NCBI GenBank assembly: GCA_963833425.1
Contig: CAWHXP010000015.1
Span: 96,001 to 160,000, forward strand
Direction of reading: 5' to 3'
Length of the DNA stretch: 64,000 bases
DNA from: an uncultured Methanosarcinaceae archaeon
GTDB lineage: Archaea; Halobacteriota; Methanosarcinia; Methanosarcinales; Methanosarcinaceae
Each line of letters begins with the position of its first letter. Position 1 is the stretch's first letter. The notes beneath the pieces are model-generated. The model saw only the letters and a list, made by a program, of their open reading frames with translations, had not been told where the DNA came from and searched no databases. Below, one piece after another: positions 55,949 to 64,000 of the stretch. A program made the translations under genes and the position numbers.

Positions 55949-56424
55949 ATGATTCACTTATCGACTTTTAGCTTGACATTGTAAAATTAATTTGTATTTG
56001 CAGGTTTTCCAATCAACTTTTACTCAAATTTATATTATTTTGAAAATTTTTATCCTACCAATTTTGTTTTCTTCTATTTCCGTCTTGGTAGATACTTCTA
56101 ATATTTTCAATGTCATAAATTTTTTCTGTCAAAATTGCACAGTTGTTAGTAACCAAAACAAGAATCAAGTTTTTCTAACAAAAAGTTGTCCTAAATATTT
56201 TTCAATTCGCTTACTTTTACCATCATTCTCAGTTAATTATCTTGATTTAAGATTTTTGCAGTTTTCCAAGCATCGATTCTTTGGTAATGTACGTGAATTA
56301 TTGATCAGTTCCGGGAAGTGGATACAAACATATTATTTAAGGAAAAATATCTACAAACTTTCTAAATCACGATTTTCGATAATAAAATTTATTATCGATT
56401 TTTTTTAAGGGATTATGGTACTTT

Positions 56425-56512
56425 AGTGTATTTCGATAAACCGTGATTTCACGATCATTTGTATATGATTTATAAACATATGACGAAATTAGAGAATTTA
56501 TTGAAATACTAT
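56425..56512. mobile_element. ~90-bp MITE (IS5-end family)
   Basis: agtgtatttcgataaaccgtgatttcac ... gacgaaattagagaatttattgaaatact. Confidence 0.65.
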
Positions 56513-56624
56513 ATTACATATTCATAAGTTTTGTCAAATCAAATCGCTAAAAATGGGATTAGTTTTCATTTGAATTACTGGATGATATTAAATTTAGGAT
56601 GCAATGTTGAAGAGTATTAATTTT

Positions 56625-57771
56625 AGAGAATTTCGATAACCTCCATGCTCTTGAGCACGGTTGACTTTAAATTTGTCAATATTTATGTATATTCATGAAA
56701 ACTCTTATTGATTTTGCTCTTAAAGAAGAGTATAAACGTCTTGAATCTGTTGGATATAAGCTTGCTGAAATTGCTTCCTTAATTGATTGGAAAACTTTTC
56801 TTATTATTCTTGAGTCTATGTATATTAACAAAACCGTTTCATGAGGGAGACCTGAAACTGATGTCATTGTGATGTTCAAAATGCTTGTTTTACAACAATG
56901 GCATGAGCTCTCTGATTTTGAACTTGAGAAACAGTGTATAGATCGAATTTCTTTTAGGAAATTCCTTGGATTTCCGGAATACGTACCTGACAGTACTACT
57001 GTATGGATATTTAGGGAGAGAATTATCGAGAATTTCAAAGAAAATATGGGGAAAGTTGCAAAGCCAACTTGATACTCTGGGTTTACAGATAAAGCAGGGA
57101 ATGATTCAGGATGCTACTTTTATCCATTCAGATCCAGGACATGCAAAAGGAGATAAACCTCGAGGAGATGAGGCAAAAACAAGAATAAGCAGAGACGGAA
57201 CATGGATAAAGAAGGGAGGTAAGTCTCACTTTGGATATAAGCTTCATAATATAATAGACAGAGATTATGAGCTGATCAGAAGATTCAAAACAACAACTGC
57301 GTCAGTATATGATTCGTATGTAGATTTGACAGAGGAAAATGAAGTGGTTTATAGGGACAGAGGATACTTTGGAGCAAAAACTAAAGGGTATAATGCAACA
57401 ATGAAAAGAGCAGTCAAAGGACATACGCTGGGAATAAAGGATATATTAAGAAATAAGAGAATTAGCTCAAAAGGAGTCCCAGGGGAAAGAGTTTATTCAG
57501 TAACGAAAGAAATTTTCAAAGCAGGAAGAGTTTTTGTTACTACTGTTAAAAGAGTAAATCTAAAAATGTTGTGTACGGCTTTTTGTTATAATCTCCATCA
57601 ATTGAGGACATTGAAAATAAAAAAAGTATATTGAAGATAGTGGAAGCTATCTTTAAAATCAAAGAATTGAGAATAAGTAAAGCCAAAAAGATGAATTAAA
57701 TAGAGAAATTGAGTGGAATATCTGAGAAATATCTGCTAAGAAATAAAATCCGAAGTTTATCGAAATCCTCT
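56625..57771 (+). mobile_element. IS5-family insertion sequence with inactivated transposase
   Basis: Inverted ends agagaatttcgataacc and agtttatcgaaatcctct enclose the transposase pseudogene. Confidence 0.88.
56695..57634 (+). pseudogene. IS5-family DDE transposase pseudogene
   Basis: LQQWHELSD..DRISFRKFLG..PDSTT, IQDATFI, HFGYKLH and YRDRGY motifs; in-frame TGA at 56842 and a frameshift near 57030. Confidence 0.88.
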
Positions 57772-58542
57772 TTAGATAATTTCTTCTCCGGTTTCTATTG
57801 TCCTTATTCGAACGTTTTTGAGGAATTTATTTGCTATTTTTCCCAGATCATATAGCTCTTCCCTTTCTAAAATTCGTGTTTTCCTGAGATTTTCCTGAAG
57901 ACTGTATTCCGGAATTCCCTGTTGCAGTACATAGATTACTTCCCTATTTTTCACATGCCCCAAAATCCAGGCAGCAATTTTGGAGATTTCCTCTTTGCTT
58001 CCGATAAAATCTCTGATTACAGTTGTACGGAGTTCCAGTTCCAAACCACAGGAATCCGCGATTTTAATCGCTTCTATAACCGCTGCAGTTATTTCTCCCG
58101 GATTTTTTTTTACAATTTTGTATTTTTTCCAGCCTGCAACTTTTCCATAAAGCTCTGGAACATCCGGGGGAGCTTTTATATCAATGAAAAACTTATCAAC
58201 CAATTTTCTTTTAATCAGTTCTTGTTCCATTTCCGGATAGCAACCGTTTGTGTGAATTCCGACTAAGAATCCGAGTTCTTTTGCAAACTCTGCGAGTGGC
58301 AAAATTGCTGCCTGCATCAGAGGTTCCCCTCCAGAAAAAACAACTGTGCTTACGAAATCCCTTGATTTTTTAATCCGCTCTTTTACGAAGTCGAGTTCCA
58401 CAAGGTCAGGTTCTTCTAGATAGGGATGGTTCTGGCAGTAGAGGCATCGAAGGGGGCATCCTCGAAAAAAAATGGTTATTGCAGCTTTTCCTCTCCAGTC
58501 CAGAGTTGAAAGAGAAACTGTATCTGCATAGTTTACTTTCAT
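57772..58542 (-). CDS. nrdG: Anaerobic ribonucleoside-triphosphate reductase activating enzyme (radical SAM)
   Basis: GCPLRCLYCQN, SGGEP and HTNG motifs; directly downstream of nrdD. Confidence 0.9.
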   Translation of the reverse strand: MKVNYADTVSLSTLDWRGKAAITIFFRGCPLRCLYCQNHPYLEEPDLVELDFVKERIKKSRDFVSTVVFSGGEPLMQAAILPLAEFAKELGFLVGIHTNGCYPEMEQELIKRKLVDKFFIDIKAPPDVPELYGKVAGWKKYKIVKKNPGEITAAVIEAIKIADSCGLELELRTTVIRDFIGSKEEISKIAAWILGHVKNREVIYVLQQGIPEYSLQENLRKTRILEREELYDLGKIANKFLKNVRIRTIETGEEII

Positions 58543-58595
58543 GACAGTTAAACTTCTCACCCTATTGAGTATAAAATGGTGGGGGAAACCTTACT

Positions 58596-60977
58596 TTAGT
58601 TTCCTTTTAGACTGTATCTTTTTCTGTCAATGAGCTCCTGGCGCTTGCCTCTGTTCCAGCCCTCTACTGATTGGAGATACCCTGTTATTCTTGAGAGATG
58701 TTGCACGTTTTCAGACCTACATTTTGGACATTTGTCCAGAAGGCCGGATGCTACATATCCCTCGTCAGTGCACACAGTCATGTCTCTTGTAAAAGCAAAG
58801 TAACCCGTTTGAGTGTTTCTTGCTATATGCATGGCAAGCTCCTGCAGGCCCTCAGGATCTGGCTTTCCTTCTCCAAGCCAGATATGCATTATATTTCCAC
58901 CGTCTACGATCGGAAAGAAAGTGTGTTCGTACTTTATCCTGTCAGTCAGGGAGATATCGGCCCCAGGAGGAATGTGAGTCCCATTGGTATAGTAAATAGG
59001 TAGATCGTGGGTTTCATTTAACTTTCTCTTTGCAGTTTTCATGTCTCCTTTAATCGTGTGTTCTGCCTTTTCAGCATATTCACTATGCAGGAGGTCTGAG
59101 ACTGCGAAGCGTTGGGCTGTTGTTTCTGCCGGCGTTCTTGCAAGAGCTATTTCCATATCTTTTTCCTTCGAGAGCTTCTGAGCGTGTATTTTCATCTCGA
59201 GCATAGCCCTGATGGCAAGCTTATACGCAGCAGGAGACTCATGGATCTGGTAGTTTGTGTGGTATTGTACCATCTCATTAATTCCTATTATTCCAATGGT
59301 ATACACTAGACTATCAAAATCCACAGCTGTTGCCCCTTTTTCCCCAGTATTCGGGTCCTTTGGACACTGGGCTGCAAAGGGAATTCTGTTTTTCTTAATC
59401 AGGCTGTTCATCCATTTTTGTTTGATCTTGAAAGCTTCTACCCCCTTATTCATGAGGGTCTTAAGTTCATCGAAAAGTTTTTCATCATTATGTTCGGCTC
59501 TGTATGCTGCTCTAGGACAGTTTAAGGACAGGACCATCCACGAGCCCATTGAAAAGTGTTTTCCATCTATAAAATGGAGTTTGTCCTCGAAATCTTTATC
59601 ATCAGTAGGATTTACAGAAAATTGATAGGCGCAGCATTGATAACATGAGATTCCTTCTCCTGCCCCTCTGTAATCGGGGAGCTGGTTATCAAAGTACGGG
59701 GTTCCGAATTTGGCGGCCAGTTCGAAGCTCATTCTGTAAAGCTCCTTATAAGTGGGAAGATCAAGATGAGTCTTATTGAATTTTTCATCTTCTTCCATAA
59801 AATCAGGTTCTATGGAGATCTCTGGCTTCGGAAAGCTGAAAGGTTTGCCCCATGCATCTCCTTCAAGCATAACATCCATCAGAGCTTTGAACCCGAGACG
59901 AACTTCTTTTTCTAATTCTCCATATGTTCTGAGGGGAGCCTGTTTGCCATCCCAGACCTTACCCATAGCAACAATTGGAATGTTTTTCCAGAGCTTTGGA
60001 ACACCTGGGGAAAGTTGCACGGATGAAAAGACAGTCTGGCCGCCCCTTGCACACATCATCTGCATCATTTCATAGACGAACATCTGCATGAGTTGCCTGA
60101 TCTCAGCTTCAGACTTGTCTTCCAGATAAGGAGCAATAAAAGTTAGAAAATTATAAAAACCCTGTCCACCTGCAAAATTTGTCTGAGCTGATCCCATTGC
60201 TTTTACTGCGTGAAGAAAAGCTACTTCTGCATTTTTTGCAGGCTTTGCCACACTGGATTGGGTTCCAACCCCGTCAGGCATGAGTCCATAATAAAAGAAG
60301 TAGCGGAGGTCCCAATCCTGACAAAAAGGTCTTGTGCCCATGTATTCTAGGTCGTGAATGTGGAAATCCCCATTCAGATGAAGGTCAGCAAGCTCTTTTG
60401 GCATCAAAAGAAGATTTTGCTCCTTAGACATCTTGTCGGCTTTTCTTTTGTGTGAAGTTTCGGCATTATTTAGTTGGTTTGCATTATCGTTTGCTTCAAA
60501 GCCATATCCTGTATCAATTTCGTAGGCATCGTAAACAGAAGCCCCGACTCTTGTCATTATGTTTCTCCATTCTACATGCCCTCTGTCAAGAAGAATATTA
60601 TTCACTATTTCACGGATAAGTGGGCCTGAGAGAAACTTGATATTCATCTTTTTGATGATTTTTTCAGCTTCTTTTGCTATATGAATTGCTTCTCCTTTCG
60701 TGATTGTAGGTTTGTTGTAAAAGATCTCGCTTAATTTTGTTTCCTTTAGAAGCTGATTCACAATAATGTTCCTGTCCCAGTTAACCATGAAACCGTCTGT
60801 AGTCCTTACTTTTGGGAAAGGAGGGACTGAAAGCCCATCAAGTGTTTTTTGCACTTGCTGATGGTCAGATAAATGGTTATCTTTGGATAGAGTGGATGTG
60901 GAGATTTTATCCAGTGTCCTTTGAACTGGCCGGTTATCAGATAAATCACTATCTGGTAAAAGAATATCGCTTATCAT
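58596..60977 (-). CDS. nrdD: Anaerobic (class III) ribonucleoside-triphosphate reductase
   Basis: HIHDL, YQCC, TPAET, YTNG, C-terminal Zn site and glycyl-radical motif RITGYL. Confidence 0.96.
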   Translation of the reverse strand: MISDILLPDSDLSDNRPVQRTLDKISTSTLSKDNHLSDHQQVQKTLDGLSVPPFPKVRTTDGFMVNWDRNIIVNQLLKETKLSEIFYNKPTITKGEAIHIAKEAEKIIKKMNIKFLSGPLIREIVNNILLDRGHVEWRNIMTRVGASVYDAYEIDTGYGFEANDNANQLNNAETSHKRKADKMSKEQNLLLMPKELADLHLNGDFHIHDLEYMGTRPFCQDWDLRYFFYYGLMPDGVGTQSSVAKPAKNAEVAFLHAVKAMGSAQTNFAGGQGFYNFLTFIAPYLEDKSEAEIRQLMQMFVYEMMQMMCARGGQTVFSSVQLSPGVPKLWKNIPIVAMGKVWDGKQAPLRTYGELEKEVRLGFKALMDVMLEGDAWGKPFSFPKPEISIEPDFMEEDEKFNKTHLDLPTYKELYRMSFELAAKFGTPYFDNQLPDYRGAGEGISCYQCCAYQFSVNPTDDKDFEDKLHFIDGKHFSMGSWMVLSLNCPRAAYRAEHNDEKLFDELKTLMNKGVEAFKIKQKWMNSLIKKNRIPFAAQCPKDPNTGEKGATAVDFDSLVYTIGIIGINEMVQYHTNYQIHESPAAYKLAIRAMLEMKIHAQKLSKEKDMEIALARTPAETTAQRFAVSDLLHSEYAEKAEHTIKGDMKTAKRKLNETHDLPIYYTNGTHIPPGADISLTDRIKYEHTFFPIVDGGNIMHIWLGEGKPDPEGLQELAMHIARNTQTGYFAFTRDMTVCTDEGYVASGLLDKCPKCRSENVQHLSRITGYLQSVEGWNRGKRQELIDRKRYSLKGN

Positions 60978-61024
60978 TTTCTCATCCTCGTTGTTTTAAG
61001 GGTGAAATTCGCAAATTGCTTAGT

Positions 61025-61303
61025 TCATTCTGAAGTTTCAGAAGGTTGTATCAACAAAATCCCCAGAATTTTTTCCGTGTTTATTTCTTCCCTAATGAAC
61101 AATTCTTCATGGGTCAGAAAGATATCATTGATCTGTAAAACAGGCGCTGTCAATGTAAAAACTCCATTGAAACGTAGTTCTGTCAGAGCTTCCGGAGTGG
61201 CCATTTCTGCTTCTTTGAAAGTCACTGAATTAGCTTCTAGAAATTTTTTTAATTTATTGCATTTCGGGCAACTTTCCATTGTATAGACGATTATTTTTGC
61301 CAT
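61025..61303 (-). CDS. nrdH: NrdH-like glutaredoxin/thioredoxin
   Basis: VYTMESCPKC and APVL motifs; first gene of the nrdH-nrdD-nrdG run. Confidence 0.85.
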   Translation of the reverse strand: MAKIIVYTMESCPKCNKLKKFLEANSVTFKEAEMATPEALTELRFNGVFTLTAPVLQINDIFLTHEELFIREEINTEKILGILLIQPSETSE

Positions 61304-61577
61304 GCTTTGCGCCTCTCTGATTTTTCACTACTCAATATGTAACGATTTTATTTTAAGTGTTTTAGGTATGAACGCGCTGGTCCAGAGCGCTTCGCAGCAA
61401 GAGAACAAAATTCCATATGGATTACTATAATCAGCTAGTCTTTATATTTTATATATATATTTTCAAACATGTGTTTTTTTAAAGCATCAGTCAAAGTATC
61501 GGAAAAAGGTGAAATTTCTAAAAAATATTCCTTTAAATAATTTCCCACTTTATTTAATAAACATCTTTTTTGTTCCA

Positions 61578-61874
61578 AGTAAATAATCTAAACGGTTTAG
61601 CAGTTAATAATGTTTTTTCACCCCAAAGCTGAATTTAATTACATTATATATTTGTCTACAAAGATGTTTCTTTGTTAGTAAATAATCTAAATGATTTAGC
61701 AGTTAATAATGTTTTTTCACCCCAAAGCTGAATTTAATTACATTATATATTTGTCTACAAAGATGTTTCTTTGTTAGTAAATAATCTAAATGATTTAGCA
61801 GTTAATAATGTTTTTTCACCTCAGATCTGGATACAATTACATTATATATTTGTCTACAAAGATATTTCTTTGTT
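61578..61874. repeat. Non-coding tandem repeat, 3 x 99 bp
   Basis: Units start at 61578, 61677 and 61776 (agtaaataatctaaa...) and are near-identical. Confidence 0.95.
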
Positions 61875-62207
61875 ATCAGACCGGGTAACAAAGTTAAAAC
61901 ATTCTGTTTTTTTGAAAACTGCCTTATTCAAGAGAACATTTTTAAGTACAGAAGGTTTATCGAGCACAAGCAAGCTACTATATGGGATACGGATACGGCT
62001 GCCATATATAATGTATTCTTTTCTGAATACCGAAGCTTTTTATTATTTTCTGGATTATTTTGGGAACCCTGGAGGATATTCAAAAATCTCTATAATATTT
62101 TGCAATGTATTGGTAATTTACGACTTCGTCTAAGGGTGATAGTGTATAAACCTATCTTCTGTCGTAATTTAATGTTGTGTGGTTGCCAGTGATTTTATTA
62201 AGGGTAT

Positions 62208-62753
62208 TTATTTCCTATCGAAGAAGATGTTTTTCCCTGTTACACTCAGAGGAATTCCAAAAACAACATCAGCATCCAGCAAGCCCGACACCCTTGAAGC
62301 TGCACCAATTGTGTACATAACTCTGTTGTCGATACAGAAATCTTTGGCTTTTGCAACAGCTGCACCTACAGCAATTCCCAGGTCTACATGCTTAAACATA
62401 CAATTTGGGCCTTTAAACTCTGCTTCTAACTTTTGCTGGTTCAACATCTCTACACAGGTTTCAAATCCACAGGCTCGGCAATCAAGACCTGCAGCTCCGC
62501 TAGTTTTAACGCCTATAAGGATCGCGACCCCAGCGTTTCTGAGGTTTACAGCATCCCTTTTCAGGAAATCGAAGCCTGCGCCTTTTTCATCTGCCAGCTT
62601 TTCCATTGTCAGGGCAAGGACTTCGATATCATCTTTTTCAACAAAGGCAGTTACGATGTCGTCTATTCCTTTGGTTTTTGGGGCAGTCCGTGCAGCCAGC
62701 AGGATACTCTTTGCAAGTGTCTCAAGGGTCTCAAATTCAGGATTCAGGATCAT
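62208..62753 (-). CDS. Ferredoxin-domain protein (DUF2148-like)
   Basis: AARTAPKTKGIDD, LDCRACGFETC, GPNC, DLGIAVG and DNRVMYTIG motifs; ATG at 62753. Confidence 0.8.
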   Translation of the reverse strand: MILNPEFETLETLAKSILLAARTAPKTKGIDDIVTAFVEKDDIEVLALTMEKLADEKGAGFDFLKRDAVNLRNAGVAILIGVKTSGAAGLDCRACGFETCVEMLNQQKLEAEFKGPNCMFKHVDLGIAVGAAVAKAKDFCIDNRVMYTIGAASRVSGLLDADVVFGIPLSVTGKNIFFDRK

Positions 62754-62829
62754 ATCCAGATAATTGAATTTTTTGAGGTTTAAGTGTTTCGCAGGTTTTT
62801 GAAAGGACTGTACATTCTTTTGTTTTTTT

Positions 62830-64000
62830 TTGAAAGTTAAAATACTCCCAGCTTGAAGATGAGTATGAATCCACACGATTTCTTCCGAAATCCTCTGCGA
62901 AAAAACTTCAGTTTTATTCCCATGTATTACAAAGACTCTGATTGTGTCTTTTTTGCAGAAATCTTTACAAGCTTCTTGAGTTCACTGTTCATCTGTGGTG
63001 GAAAAGTCGTACTCTTTATTTTGGCCTAGAGTGTAAGGACCTCTTCTTTTGTTAAATAATTCTATTTTCAAGAATCAGTCGTCCATTTGTGCCTTTAACT
63101 TGGTAGCCGGTAAGAGTATTTTTGATATGGGATCTTTATAAGGTGGCTCAGATAATAAAGAGCTGGTCCCAAGTCCAACATCCCAGCTATCGTGCTAATA
63201 ACTGAAGGCTTTTTAATGACTAAATCCCTCTGCTGGACTTTTACGGGAATCGCAAGTATTAAAACCCTATAAAAAGCTCAGGGTTTCTCCGGTATTCAGA
63301 GTATTTTGTAAGCATTTTTACATCCAGGTCCATAGGATCTATAAGCCCTGATAGTGTCTTCAAGGAGCATCAGGACCTCCTGAGTCTTACCTATTGTAAG
63401 GGCGGTACACTTTCTCTTAGAGTATCTGGGACTGATTCGATGAACCGTTCTCTGGTTAATTTTCGTGGGACATATTCTTACTCGAAATACGTGTTCTGGA
63501 GCACAAAAATGTCTGCTTCAGGAAATTTGTCTGTACATGTACGAACCTTGTTTCTTTCAGGCTGAAATCTCCTTATGAATAGACTTTCTCTGTTTTCTGA
63601 TTACATCTAGATTCCCGAAGCACCAGTGATATGACCCGTATTGTAAAAGCAAATTCTGTATCCTTTTGTTTTTAATGTATCCCCATAATCAATTTTTCGT
63701 GTCCTGCGGCTAAGTTGATGGAGATCTTTAGGACTAAAAGGGGATATAATGAAAGTGTAGTCTTTGCGAGTTTGAGGGTGTTTCTCCCTAGAAGGTTGGT
63801 AAACCCTGAGTCTTTGGATTCATGTAGATCTCTGGATTCTGGTACATCAAGTAGGCACTGCTGCACAATTGTCAAGGCGTCAATGTGAAACAAGAACTGT
63901 CTTGGGTCCAATGTCGTTGAGAGGATATTAGAGTACGTCTCTTACTTTCATTACATAATCACCCAGTATTTCCACATTTACGAGTAAACCAGAACTTCCG
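62830..64000 (-). pseudogene. Metallo-beta-lactamase/beta-CASP ribonuclease (aCPSF2-like) pseudogene, cut at the window edge
   Basis: Fragments GSSGLLVN, PKTVLVSH, FYNTGHITGASG, GDFSLKETR, IGKTQEVLMLL, TGYQVKGTNGR and VFVIHG, broken by many stops and frameshifts. Confidence 0.8.

Noticed and set aside
55992..56408. 138-aa AT-rich ORF (similar cases at 18543, 23195, 38997, 40171 and 61771)
   Set aside because: Low-complexity F/I/L/K-rich translations typical of chance ORFs in AT-rich spacers; some overlap repeats or IS remnants
56676..57038. 120-aa minus-strand ORF
   Set aside because: Antisense to the IS5 transposase pseudogene
61578..61874. CRISPR array
   Set aside because: The units are contiguous 99-bp near-identical repeats without unique spacers, and there are no cas genes in the window
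63672..63911. 79-aa stand-alone ORF
   Set aside because: Off-frame piece within the beta-CASP pseudogene

Overview
This is a 64-kb chromosomal window from a methanogenic archaeon, most likely Methanosarcina. Evidence: archaeal tRNAs including an intron-containing tRNA-Tyr, mfnA, nrdH-nrdD-nrdG, a four-OB-fold RPA, tandem core methionine synthases and a five-gene CBS cluster. Positions 1-13.4 kb form an accessory zone riddled with IS6 elements. It carries a matrixin protease, Cu/Zn SOD, a stand-alone bulb-type lectin, a lipoprotein, TPR fragments and a dead vapBC pair. The rest is housekeeping: pyrH, larBC, asd, ferredoxin, Rnl3-type RNA ligase, htpX, ppk1/ppx, kptA, rpa, a TadA/TadC-like pair, acyP, 5 tRNAs, mfnA and class III RNR. 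These genes are separated by AT-rich spacers full of decayed IS200/IS605, IS21, IS5 and IS6 remnants, several kinds of MITE-like elements, and eroded genes. The main signals that no ORF explains are: (i) a probable replication origin (inverted ORB boxes around an AT-rich stretch, about 53.9-54.3 kb) with no cdc6 in the window, plus isolated ORB-like boxes elsewhere; (ii) a near-identical 3 x 99-bp non-coding tandem repeat upstream of the RNR operon, each unit carrying a TATA-like box and a palindrome; (iii) a duplicated PIP-box-like motif at the NrdD N-terminus; (iv) a ~90-bp MITE family whose ends match a resident IS5 element. All calls come from motif recognition by eye. No database searches were run, and the ends of decayed elements are approximate.
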